In this document: positions 15,010 to 23,747 of the stretch, piece by piece
Layout: each line of letters starts with the position of its first letter
Numbering within the stretch: position 1 is the first letter of the stretch
Assembly: GCF_000195975.1 (NCBI RefSeq)
Contig: NC_005070.1
Location: forward strand, 1,590,001-1,622,000
From: Parasynechococcus marenigrum WH 8102
GTDB lineage: Bacteria > Cyanobacteriota > Cyanobacteriia > PCC-6307 > Cyanobiaceae
DNA: 32,000 nucleotides
Reading direction: 5' to 3'
Position numbers and translations under genes: made by a program
Notes under the pieces: generated by a model
Seen by the model: only the letters and a program-made list of their open reading frames with translations
Told to the model about the DNA's origin: nothing
Database searches by the model: none

Positions 15010-15335
15010 TCGTTATTACTAGATAAAGAGTAATTAGAGGGTCTAAATCGCACCACTTCGCTGAGATCCATTGTGCTGCAGTCGATTGACATCGATCACA
15101 AAGTCCCCCCTAGAACCCCAAAGTCCGCCCTGAGAGCCATAAAATATTGAATCAAACACACAAATCATAAGATCTTGGCTCACAAGCTGACAAATAGCAA
15201 AAGTAGACCAAGGCTATTTCAAATAATAAAGTGACTCTTAAATTTGCTATAAAAGCTCAAGGTTCTCGTAGATAATTTCAGATAGCAAGGCTACATTCGG
15301 AAAGAAGTGAAATTTAAGCCTTGCTTTTATTGGCT

Positions 15336-15518
15336 ATGAGACAGTCAAGGTTGATCAGATTGTCGGAAGTCAAAGAAATGACTGGCCTATCAAGGTCGAC
15401 GATTTACTCACATATGAGCCAAGGTTTATTTCCTAAGCAAAGCAAGGTCGGTACGCGCATTGCTGTCTGGCTCGAATCAGATATTTTGAGCTGGATTGAA
15501 CAGACCACCAAACAATAA
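15336..15518 (+). CDS. alpA: AlpA-family HTH regulator / excisionase-like protein (60 aa)
   Basis: MRQSRLIRLSEVKEMTGLSRSTIYSHMSQGLFPKQSKVGTRIAVWLESDILSWIEQ is the classic AlpA/prophage CP4-57 regulatory pattern. The gene is convergent with the adjacent integrase gene. Confidence 0.8.
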   Translation: MRQSRLIRLSEVKEMTGLSRSTIYSHMSQGLFPKQSKVGTRIAVWLESDILSWIEQTTKQ

Positions 15519-15539
15519 AGTACACTTAAATAATTTCGT

Positions 15540-16805
15540 TTAACCCTCAAGCCCCTGATCCAGCAGATAGTCCGACCAAGCAATCATGAAATCTCTGCGC
15601 TCTTTTAACAAGGTAGATCGGTCATAAGCTTGACGCACTTTATCTCCAATTGCATGAGCCAATTGACGCTGAATCACTTCTGGTTTATAGCCAAGGATGT
15701 CCTGTCCAATCGTCAACGGAATAGAGCGAACCCCATGTGCCCGCAGGAGTCCTTGATATCCCAACTTGATTAGATAAGCATTAATCGATGCTGGATTCAT
15801 ATGGGGATAGCAACCACCACGACCAGTGTCAAAAACATATCCAGTATCACCTGTTAAGTCTTTAAGCGGTTCTAGGACATCAATCATTGGTTGGGTCAGC
15901 GGAACCAAATGTGACTTCTTGCTTTTCATCCTCTCAGCTGGAATCGTCAAGATTGACTCTCCCTCGTCAATCTCAGACCATCGGATACCAGCCAGCGAAC
16001 CAACTCTTAAAAATGATAAAAACAATAATTTAACTGCAGACCTAACAACCAAAGAGCCCTTCGTCTCATTGAAATTTAATCGTTCAAAAAATGTGGGCAA
16101 TTGATCCGCCGTCAGAGTTGGATGATGCTGGACAACGTGGGACGACCGTGCATGCCGCGATCCCTGAGCAGGGTTTGGTTCTGACATCCAGCCCTGATCA
16201 ATGGCATAACCAAAGACCTGCCTAAGGACCATCAAGGCTTTATCCGCCTGGACTGGAGCACGCTTTTCCAGATCCTTCTTCATATCCAGCACGATCCGCC
16301 GTCCTGTGCGTCCATCCCGTTGCACATCAGAGAAGGCAAAGCAACTAAGCGGCGTCTCAGCTCCCAAGACCGGCAACACCTGGTTATTCAGGCAGTTGGC
16401 GTAGTCCTTGCGTGTCGACTCGCGATGACGAGACGTGGCCAGATATTCCCTAACCGCCAATCCCAAGGTTGGTGAGTCTTGAGGCTAGGCCGGGAGCACC
16501 GACTGCTTGTAGACATGTAGGTCCTCTCCGCTATCGAGACCCCAAGCTCTGATCTTGGTCCAGGTGTCACGGGCCTCCTTCAAGGTCAGCTGACCATGCC
16601 CTCTGCCGTAGACCCCGAGGGAGTACTCCTTTTGTTTTCCAGAGCGTCCTGGAGGGAACCGGTAACGCCCCACGAAACGCTTGCTGCCGCCTTTTAAAGC
16701 CGGTTCCACCACCAGCAAGAGGGAATTGCCCAAAGCATGGGTTGAACGCTTTGGACCGGCCTGCAGAGCCCTGACTTGCGAGTCATTGAGGGAGGTCTGC
16801 GGCAT
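15540..16805 (-). pseudogene. int: P4-like tyrosine integrase interrupted by a single in-frame TAG
   Basis: Track ORFs 16485..16829 (N-terminal domain, MPQTSLNDSQVRAL...) and 15540..16466 (catalytic domain) are in the same frame. They are separated only by TAG at 16487-16485 (...KQSVLPA * PQDSPTLGLAVREYL...). The reading is collinear with int-B throughout. Catalytic residues are still present (FLRVGSL, AHGVRSIPLT, LAHAIGDKVRQAYDRS). Confidence 0.8.
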
Positions 16806-16868
16806 TCTCACAACACCAGATTTTCTCACAACACATTAGCAAAAATCTCACAACACGTCTCACAACAC
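16806..16868. promoter_or_regulatory. Candidate arm-type sites, integrase-proximal arm of element A
   Basis: TCTCACAACAC at 16806, 16824, 16846 and 16858, starting directly upstream of the int-A ATG at 16805. Confidence 0.5.
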
Positions 16869-16979
16869 GGTCATTGGAAATCCAAGGATTCCGCTGGACA
16901 TTGGCGGACAGCAAAAGGCCCCAGACATGCTGAAGCAAAAGGGTTTAAGGAAATCTTGCGCCCGTAACGGACGTCAATT

Positions 16980-16993
16980 GAACGGAGAGGGTG
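16980..16993. repeat. att core copy 3 (GAACGGAGAGGGTG), overlapping the tRNA-Ser 3' end
   Basis: Exact 14-mer. Positions 16983-16993 are the complement of the tRNA 3' end (CACCCTCTCCG). Confidence 0.75.
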
Positions 16994-17069
16994 GGATTCG
17001 AACCCACGAGGGTTTGACCCCTACACGATTTCGAGTCGTGCGCAATCAACCGGACTCTGCCACCTCTCC
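16983..17069 (-). tRNA. tRNA-Ser (anticodon CGA), 87 nt, long variable arm, no encoded CCA
   Basis: Minus-strand sequence: GGAGAGGTGGCAGAGTCCGGTTGATTGCGCACGACTCGAAATCGTGTAGGGGTCAAACCCTCGTGGGTTCGAATCCCACCCTCTCCG. Acceptor stem GGAGAGG/CCTCTCC. Anticodon stem CACGA/TCGTG with loop CTCGAAA. Variable arm GGGT..ACCC. T-arm GTGGG-TTCGAAT-CCCAC. Confidence 0.9.
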
Positions 17070-17095
17070 ACACGCCTAACCGGCGTGCCTTAACT

Positions 17096-18923
17096 CTAAA
17101 GGGCGACCTCCGGTCCGCCTTCCTTCAACCAGCTTCGCTCGGTGCGATTGGGCGGAAATCCAAGCCAGGTGCCATCGACATCGCCGGAGCTGCCCTGATG
17201 CCGCAGAGCCCACAGGGCCTGAGGCCTGGGCAACAGGCGCCAGCGCTGATCACCGACCCGCAGCAGCATTGCCTGGCCGCGGTCCGAAAGCAGCTCGACA
17301 GACAGCCCATCACTGAGGAGGCGCTGACCCATGGCGAGACCGGCGCGACCCTGATGCGGTGCGACCACGCGATGCCCAAGGCCCTCCCAGCAGGCCATCG
17401 CTTCAGTTGCCACAGGATCGAACAGCATCACCCAGTCCAGCCGTCCATGGCCATGGGCATCCGCCAGGCGGCGGGCCATCCGGCAACTGCTTGCATCAGC
17501 TGACGTACTGACGAGAGCTGCGCGGCCCTGATGACGGGCCAGCAGCCAGTGCTGCCGGCCGCGCTGAGCCGTTACCACACCATCCGCCAGCTGAACGCAT
17601 CCCTGCACCACCACAGCCGACAGCGTGAGCAGCAACCCCATCGGCCGCCAACGCCCATTACGAGGCAGTAACTATGGCAGCACGCCGAGCACCAGCAACA
17701 CCACCACCCAAGGCTGGGGATGGCCAGTGAGCAATCGCGCGGCAGGCCAGTGACTGATCCAACTCACCAGGGTGATTAGCAGAGCAGCCAGCTGCGCCAC
17801 CGGCCAGGCCAACAACGGCAGTGCCGCCGCCGGCAACAGCAGCGACGCCAGAGCCAGACCCATCGCCGAGAGGGTCAACGGGGCCAGCAGCGGAGCCGCC
17901 AACAGGTTGGCCAGCAAGGCATAGAGGGGAGCTGAGCCGAAGTGCAGCAGCTGCAGCGGCAAGGTCCAGGCCATCGCAGCCAGGGGAACTGCCAGGGCTG
18001 GTGCCAACCAGCCGAGCCGCATCGGCAAACGCTCCGCCCACCATCTTTCTAATCAAGGGCCCGTGATAATCAATCCCGCCGTGGCAGCAGCGCTGAGCTG
18101 AAAACCGATCGAGCGAGCCCAGGCGGGATGCACCAGCAGCATCAGGCTGAGGGTGAGCAGCAACACCCCAAAGCCATGGCTGCTCTCACCGGACTCTCGG
18201 ATCAGCAGCGCAGTGGCCCCCATCAACACCGCCCGCACCACCGACGGTTGCGCTCCAGCACAGAGCAGAAAAATCAATAACGCCAACGCCGCCAGGGCCA
18301 GTCGCAGGGAACGCCCCAGGCAGCGACCCACCGCCAGAGCAGCACCCAGCAACACCGAGAGGTGGAAGCCTGAGGCCGCCAGGGCATGGGACAGCCCAGC
18401 CACCCGAAAGGCCTGGCGCAGTGCATCTGGAAGCTGCACCTGGGCACTCCCCAGCACCAGCGCCGCCAGCACCCCCGCCTCGCTCTGCTCCAGCCGCGGC
18501 CTGAAGACGATCAGCAATCTGCCGCCGCAGATCGGCGATGGGGGTCCAGGGCCGGCTGAGCACCTCGATGCTCGTGGCCCGCAGCTGGCTCCAACTGCCC
18601 CGGGCCGCCAAGCGTTCCGCCGGACCAGGCAGCAGGGGGTGAACACCAGCAGCGGGGCGTTTCATCGACCCGCGCACCCGAACGCGCCAACCCTGGCGGG
18701 GTGGATCCGGGCAAGGACGGAGCTGAAGCTCCGTGCGTCCGTCACGACGAACCGCGTCGATCCACTCCACCGCCACAAGAGCGGAGCAGGCGTCATCAAA
18801 CCGTCGGGCATCCGCCAGCAGCCGACCGGTCAGCTGCACGTTGGAGCGGTTCTGCTGGATCGAGTGGGATGGATCAGACGCTTGCGGCAGCGGAGCCCCC
18901 CAGAACAGCCCCCGCAGCAGCAA
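17096..18923 (-). pseudogene. comEC: ComEC/Rec2 DNA internalisation channel gene, disrupted (one frameshift plus two in-frame stops)
   Basis: The N-terminal OB-fold-like part (track ORF 18186..18923: ...RVRVRGSMKRPAAGVHPLLPGPAERLAARGSWSQLRATSIEVL...) is one frame away from the competence domain (18053..18646: ...AGVLAALVLGSAQVQLPDALRQAFRVAGLSHALAASGFHLSVLLG...). The switch lies near 18495-18515. The rest continues in that frame through TGA (18055-18053: IITGP*LERWWAERLP) and TAG (17674-17672: GVLP*LLPRNG) into ORFs 17672..18028 and 17096..17641. Confidence 0.7.
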
Positions 18924-18980
18924 GGTCAGGCAGAGCAGCAGGGCGCAGGACCGAACAGAGGGGAATCGGGGCAGGAGAAA

Positions 18981-19871
18981 TCAGGCTGCTGACGGAAGTG
19001 TTCCCCCCTCCAGCAGCGGGAATCCCAGCGCTTCCCGCTCCGCCAGCCAGGCTTCCGCCACCCTGCGGGCCAGGGTGCGAATCCGACCGATGGTGGCGGT
19101 GCGTTCGGTGACCGAGATCACGCCGCGGGCTTCCAACAGGTTGAAAGTGTGGCTGCACTTGAGCACGAAATCCAGTGCTGGAGCCGGAAGCTTCTTCTCG
19201 ATCAAGTCAGAGGCCTCGGCCTCATAGATGGCGAACAGCTGCTTCAGCCGCTCGGGATCGGAGCCTTCGAAGTTGAAGTGGCACTGCCCCTTTTCAAAGG
19301 GCAGCCAGATGTCGCCGTAGTTGCGCTCAGCGTTCCAGCTCAGATCCCAGATGCTCTCCACGTCCTGGAGATACGTGGCCAGGCGCTCGAGGCCGTAGGT
19401 GATTTCGATCGACACCGGTTTGCAGTCGATCCCGCCGCATTGCTGGAAGTAGGTGAACTGGGTCACCTCCATCCCATCCAGCCACACCTCCCAGCCCACA
19501 CCCCAGGCACCAAGGGTGGGGGATTCCCAGTTGTCCTCCACAAAGCGAATGTCGTGGTCGGCAGCCTTGATCCCCAGGGCTGCCAGGGAGGCCAGGTAGG
19601 TCTCCTGGATGCCGTCTGGGGAGGGTTTGATCAGCACCTGGAACTGGAAGTAGTGCTGAGCCCGGTTGGGGTTATCGCCGTAGCGACCATCGGTGGGCCG
19701 GCGGCAGGGCTCGGGATAGGCCACGGCCCAGGGTTCCGGACCGATCGCCCGCAGCACCGTATGGGGGCTCATGGTGCCGGCCCCTTTCTCGGTGTCGTAG
19801 GGCTGCAGCAGCAGGCATCCCTGATCCGCCCAGAAGCGCTGCAAGGTCGAGATGATGTCCTGAAAATGCAC
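18981..19871 (-). CDS. glyQ: Glycine--tRNA ligase alpha subunit
   Basis: The probable GTG start is at 19871, giving (M)[25 protein letters not shown]... Conserved blocks: [27 protein letters not shown] and [22 protein letters not shown]. The upstream extension of the track ORF is discarded. Confidence 0.9.
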   Translation of the reverse strand: MHFQDIISTLQRFWADQGCLLLQPYDTEKGAGTMSPHTVLRAIGPEPWAVAYPEPCRRPTDGRYGDNPNRAQHYFQFQVLIKPSPDGIQETYLASLAALGIKAADHDIRFVEDNWESPTLGAWGVGWEVWLDGMEVTQFTYFQQCGGIDCKPVSIEITYGLERLATYLQDVESIWDLSWNAERNYGDIWLPFEKGQCHFNFEGSDPERLKQLFAIYEAEASDLIEKKLPAPALDFVLKCSHTFNLLEARGVISVTERTATIGRIRTLARRVAEAWLAEREALGFPLLEGGTLPSAA

Positions 19872-19912
19872 TGCGAACCGAAGGTGCCTGGGGGTTGATT
19901 CTGCCCAGGGAG

Positions 19913-20542
19913 TCAGCCCCCATCCCCAATCGACCAGGCCAACCCGTTTGTGCCAACTGGCCGAGCTGCCTGAGTCGGGAGGAACGGCAGTCGAACTCTG
20001 GGATCCGCCACATCCGCTCCCGGCCGGCGAACTGGCCAATGATGTTGATGCTGGGGCGACGCACCACCTGATGCCTGATCTCGAGGTGAACGCATGTAGA
20101 GGAGCCCCGCATAAATCTCCTTGGGGTTGTCCACATGCGGCGGCTGATTGGTGGACGCCCCGCCGACGGGCTCGTTCAGCACGAACTGACAGTCGGTGAC
20201 GAGATCCGATGGACCGCCCATCCGCCTTGGTGCCACCGCACCGGTAAGCAAACGCTGCAAGCGTCTCGGTCCGAGACAGCGCAGCAGCTGGGGCTCAAAC
20301 AGACGCACCACCGCCTGCAAGTACTCGGCACTGGTCTGTAACCGCAGGAAGTCCTCCCAGATGGGAGGGAGATCGCTCCAGGGCAGTGCCTATGCAGTTT
20401 TCAGACGTCGGATGGGGCTGCCGCCATCCATCCGCAGGACCCGGCCCAGGATCTGCTCCTCAGGGAACGTCGTTTTCAGTTCGGAATAGATCGCCTCCGG
20501 CAGCGCCACTTCGGTGAAGACGTGGGGATAAGGGGTCTTCAA
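19913..20542 (-). pseudogene. 2OG-Fe(II) oxygenase-like gene with an in-frame TAG (probably degraded)
   Basis: One frame reads (TTG)KTPYPHVFTEVALPEAIYSELKTTFPEEQILGRVLRMDGGSPIRRLKTA, then TAG (20392-20390), then [36 protein letters not shown]...[19 protein letters not shown] (H-x-D motif). The C-terminal third looks non-protein-like, so a further frameshift is possible. Family assignment is by eye. Confidence 0.4.
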
Positions 20543-20616
20543 CCCGTTCGATCGACTGGAGGCAACTGAGCCGCTCCATCACCAAAGGGGTGCAGCCGTA
20601 CCGAGCCAGGCAGACC

Positions 20617-20967
20617 TCAGCTCTTCAAAGCCAGACAGCGGCGCAGATGGGCAATGGCGTGATGGCGATGGGGGTTGCTGACGTTCGGTCCGATCAACCC
20701 CAGCCAGAAACTGCCATCGCCCTGGAACACGAGCACCGGTTTGGCGCCGCCCTTGCCGTGGGATTCCAGCAAGGACATGCAGAGTTTTTCGGCTACTTCA
20801 TGGCCCTTGGGTTGCTGACGCAGGCGCCGGAGCAGGGGATCCACCTGCGAGAACGAAACAAAGCTGGCGCGGGCTGAATCGGTCACCAGGATCAGCCCAT
20901 CCAGCCACTGCACTTCCTGAAGCAACTCATCAATCCTTGGAAGCAGCGTCGGGAGCGGGAAGGCCAT
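20617..20967 (-). CDS. Conserved-looking hypothetical protein (116 aa)
   Basis: ATG at 20967 within track ORF 20617..21039 (MAFPLPTLLPRIDELLQEVQWLDGLILVTDSARASFV...). GC-rich codon usage like its neighbours. No recognisable family. Confidence 0.55.
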   Translation of the reverse strand: MAFPLPTLLPRIDELLQEVQWLDGLILVTDSARASFVSFSQVDPLLRRLRQQPKGHEVAEKLCMSLLESHGKGGAKPVLVFQGDGSFWLGLIGPNVSNPHRHHAIAHLRRCLALKS

Positions 20968-21042
20968 AACAGACCTCTTCTTAAACTTATCTTTAGCTTT
21001 ACGACGCCAGTCGACTGTGTCGCAAGCGACGCAACACAAGCT

Positions 21043-21744
21043 TCACCGTTTCAACAGCAACATTCCCATCTGCCCCGCCACCAGGGTGTGATGCCTGGCC
21101 TCTGCAAATCCCGCCTCCAGGGCCAAACGCTCCTGAGCCGTGCCATCGGGGAACCTTTTCAAGCTCTCCTCCAGATAGGCGTACTCCTCCTTAAGACCCG
21201 CCGCAGACGCCACCGGCACCACAAGCCGACGCAGATAAAACCGCTGGAAGTCCGCGGCAGGCCCTGCCGTCGTCAGGCGATTGAAATCGAGTACACCAGC
21301 GAGGCGACCTGGTTTGAGCAGACGGGCCATCTCCTTCAGTCCCACCACCGGATCCGCGAGGTTGCGCAAGCCATAGGCCATCACAATCCCATCGGCCGAG
21401 GCATCCGGCAGCCCCGTGGACAGGGCATCCCCCTGCTGGAACACAACATTCAGCCAGGGCTGACGGCTTTGGCGGTGACGGGCGAGCTCCAGCGGTGCTG
21501 CCGCAGCATCCAGACCCAGCACTGAGCCACCGGGCCGTACGCGCCGGGCCAGCTCAAGGGCGAGATCCCCCGTCCCGCAGCAGAGATCTAGCCAGGTCTC
21601 GCCGGCTGCAGGCCGGAGCAAGCACTGCAACTGGCGCTTCCACTGACGATGCAGCCCAAGGCTCAGCAGGTCATTGAGTTGGTCGTAACGGGATGCGACC
21701 GAATCGAACAGCTGCTCAACTGCAGCGGGGTCACCTGGTTTCAC
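21043..21744 (-). CDS. menG: Demethylmenaquinone/demethylphylloquinone methyltransferase (UbiE/MenG family)
   Basis: [25 protein letters not shown] is present, followed by the SAM motif [18 protein letters not shown] and [10 protein letters not shown]. Confidence 0.9.
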   Translation of the reverse strand: MKPGDPAAVEQLFDSVASRYDQLNDLLSLGLHRQWKRQLQCLLRPAAGETWLDLCCGTGDLALELARRVRPGGSVLGLDAAAAPLELARHRQSRQPWLNVVFQQGDALSTGLPDASADGIVMAYGLRNLADPVVGLKEMARLLKPGRLAGVLDFNRLTTAGPAADFQRFYLRRLVVPVASAAGLKEEYAYLEESLKRFPDGTAQERLALEAGFAEARHHTLVAGQMGMLLLKR

Positions 21745-22511
21745 GGACGAATCGATAGACCTCGCGCCAGCAGATCCTGCTTGATCTCCTCGACCGTGAG
21801 AACACCGTCATGCAACAGGGAGGCCAGCAGCGCAGCGGAGGCATGTCCACCGTCCGGTCCTGTCTCCAGGGCCTGGGCGATGTGGTCGATGCAACCGGCC
21901 CCACCGGATGCGATCACGGGCACCGGGACCGCATCGGCCACTGCACGGGTCAGGGCAAGGTCGTAGCCGGCCTGGGTGCCATCGCCGTCCATGGAGGTCA
22001 GCAGAATTTCGCCAGCACCGAGCTCCGCCACCCGTCGTGCCCAATCCACCGCATCCAGACCGGTGTTCTCGCGCCCACCCTTCACAAAAACGTCCCAGCC
22101 ATCCCCATCCCGCCTGCGGGCATCGATCGCCACAACGATGCACTGACAGCCAAAACGCTCAGCCCCCTCACGCACCAACTCAGGCCGTCGCACTGCAGAG
22201 GAGTTCAAGCTCACCTTGTCGGCCCCGGCCCTCAGCAGATCGGTGATGCCCTCCACCGTGGAGATCCCACCACCCACAGTGAAAGGAATCGTGACCGATT
22301 CGGCGGTGCGATGCACCATGTCGATCAGGGTGCCGCGGCCTTCGTGGCTGGCCGCGATGTCAAGAAAGACCAGCTCGTCCGCCCCGGCGCCGCTGTAGCG
22401 ACAGGCCAGTTCCACAGGATCACCGGCGTCTCGCAGACCGACGAAGTTGACGCCCTTCACCACCCGTCCGCGGGCGACATCCAGGCAGGGAATCAAGCGG
22501 AGAGCAACCAT
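21741..22511 (-). CDS. hisF: Imidazole glycerol phosphate synthase cyclase subunit
   Basis: Conserved blocks: [68 protein letters not shown]. Its stop overlaps the menG start (ATGA at 21741-21744). Confidence 0.95.
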   Translation of the reverse strand: MVALRLIPCLDVARGRVVKGVNFVGLRDAGDPVELACRYSGAGADELVFLDIAASHEGRGTLIDMVHRTAESVTIPFTVGGGISTVEGITDLLRAGADKVSLNSSAVRRPELVREGAERFGCQCIVVAIDARRRDGDGWDVFVKGGRENTGLDAVDWARRVAELGAGEILLTSMDGDGTQAGYDLALTRAVADAVPVPVIASGGAGCIDHIAQALETGPDGGHASAALLASLLHDGVLTVEEIKQDLLARGLSIRP

Positions 22512-22558
22512 CTGTTCGGCGCAAAAGCGACTGTTAGGGTTGCGCCACTCTCCAAGCC

Positions 22559-22783
22559 TTGCAGGCCATGTCCCAGGCTGCGTCGATCAACATCGGCTCC
22601 AAGATCCGCGTCACTCGTGTTCGTGATCGGATTCCTCAAAGCCTGGTGGACCTGCTCAAAGCTGACGCCAGCGGCACGGTGAAAGAATTCCGCACCGTGG
22701 ACGGCAAGGGCATTGGAGTGGTGGTGGAACTGAGCGATGGCTCCACCAACTGGTTTTTCGAAGACGAAATCGCAGCTGCCTGA
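22559..22783 (+). CDS. Small SH3-like protein, DUF2862 / PetP-like (cytochrome b6f-associated)
   Basis: [60 protein letters not shown] matches my recollection of the cyanobacterial PetP/DUF2862 pattern (...RLRDR...DG.GIGV.V.F.D....WFFEDE). The start could instead be the ATG at 22568. Confidence 0.6.
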   Translation: MQAMSQAASINIGSKIRVTRVRDRIPQSLVDLLKADASGTVKEFRTVDGKGIGVVVELSDGSTNWFFEDEIAAA

Positions 22784-22793
22784 GGACTTCCCT

Positions 22794-23747
22794 GTGAGCG
22801 ACGCACGTCAGCTGCTGGGCATGAAAGGTGCCTCCGGCACCTCCAACATCTGGAAGCTGCGGCTGCAGCTGATGAAACCGGTCACCTGGATCCCCTTGAT
22901 CTGGGGTGTGATCTGCGGTGCTGCCGCTAGTGGCAACTACCAGTGGAAGCTGGACCACGTGCTCGCGGCTTTCGCATGCATGTTGATGAGCGGCCCCCTG
23001 CTGGCGGGCTTCACCCAAACCATCAACGACTATTACGACCGCGATATCGACGCGATCAACGAGCCGTATCGGCCGATTCCATCCGGAGCCATTCCGTTGG
23101 GACAGGTGAAGCTTCAGATCTGGCTGCTGCTGATCGCTGGCTTGGCGGTGTCCTACGGCCTCGACATCTGGGCCAACCACAGCACTCCGGTGGTGTTCCT
23201 GCTGGCCCTCGGAGGGTCTTTCGTCAGTTACATCTATTCAGCTCCACCGCTGAAGCTGAAGCAGAACGGTTGGCTTGGGAATTACGCCCTTGGTGCCAGC
23301 TACATCGCTCTGCCTTGGTGGGCAGGCCAGGCCCTGTTCGGCCAACTGACCTGGAGCACGGCTCTGCTGACCCTTGCCTACAGCCTCGCCGGACTGGGCA
23401 TTGCCGTAGTGAATGATTTCAAGAGCGTTGAGGGGGACCGGGAACTGGGGCTTCAGTCCTTACCCGTTGTGTTCGGGATCAAAACGGCCAGTTGGATCAG
23501 CGCTGGGATGATCGACATCTTCCAGTTGGCCATGGTTGCCGTTCTCATTGCCATCGGTCAGCATTTCGCTGCTGTTCTGCTGGTGCTGTTGATCGTGCCC
23601 CAGATCACCTTCCAGGACATCTGGCTGCTGCGGGACCCAGTTGAATTTGACGTCAAATACCAAGCCAGCGCTCAACCCTTTCTCGTGCTCGGCATGCTGG
23701 TGACGGCGCTGGCCGTGGGCCACAGCCCACTCACCCAGCTGATGTGA
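22794..23747 (+). CDS. chlG: Chlorophyll a synthase (UbiA prenyltransferase family)
   Basis: The probable GTG start at 22794 gives (M)SDARQLLGMKGASGTSNIWKLRLQLMKPVTWIPLIWGV. The prenyltransferase motif NDYYDRDIDAINEPYRPIPSG is present. There are multiple TM helices and a second Asp-rich region (VVNDFKSVEGD). Confidence 0.9.
   Translation: MSDARQLLGMKGASGTSNIWKLRLQLMKPVTWIPLIWGVICGAAASGNYQWKLDHVLAAFACMLMSGPLLAGFTQTINDYYDRDIDAINEPYRPIPSGAIPLGQVKLQIWLLLIAGLAVSYGLDIWANHSTPVVFLLALGGSFVSYIYSAPPLKLKQNGWLGNYALGASYIALPWWAGQALFGQLTWSTALLTLAYSLAGLGIAVVNDFKSVEGDRELGLQSLPVVFGIKTASWISAGMIDIFQLAMVAVLIAIGQHFAAVLLVLLIVPQITFQDIWLLRDPVEFDVKYQASAQPFLVLGMLVTALAVGHSPLTQLM

Larger units (their letters stand above)
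10930..16993. mobile_element. Integrative element A (~6.1 kb), adjacent to tRNA-Ser; integrase inactivated by one nonsense codon
   Basis: Bounded by att core copies 2 and 3. The integrase gene (15540-16805) lies next to the tRNA. A private repeat, TCTCACAACAC, occurs at both ends. An AlpA-like gene is at 15336. Confidence 0.65.

Noticed and set aside
11015-16868. The CTCACAACAC repeats as copies of a Yfr1-like sRNA motif (Yfr1 contains a CUCACAC-type conserved loop)
   Set aside because: The match is only partial. The copies are tandem DNA repeats placed symmetrically at the two ends of an integrative element next to the integrase, which fits arm-type sites better. No terminator follows them.
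18153-19227. Plus-strand ORFs 18153..18992, 18701..19111 and 18733..19227 across comEC and glyQ
   Set aside because: They are antisense to recognisable ComEC and GlyQ sequence, with low-complexity Arg/Ser/Pro/Ala translations. These are GC-rich shadow frames.
19672-20136. 154-aa ORF and the 56-codon N-terminal extension of the glyQ ORF (19872..20039)
   Set aside because: The GlyQ homology begins at the GTG at 19871 ([13 protein letters not shown]). The upstream extension and the overlapping ORF are open by chance in GC-rich DNA and overlap the degraded 2OG-like gene.
7417-20392. Programmed recoding (selenocysteine, pyrrolysine or suppressor read-through) as the explanation for the in-frame stops
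   Set aside because: Both TGA and TAG are involved. I see no SECIS-like hairpin directly downstream. The only tRNA here has a normal Ser CGA anticodon. comEC also has a frameshift. Ordinary stop codons of the same types terminate neighbouring healthy genes. Pseudogenisation is the simpler reading.
21810-22682. 290-aa plus-strand ORF, and other overlapping ORFs, antisense to hisF
   Set aside because: hisF motifs are unambiguous on the minus strand. The antisense translation has no recognisable features.
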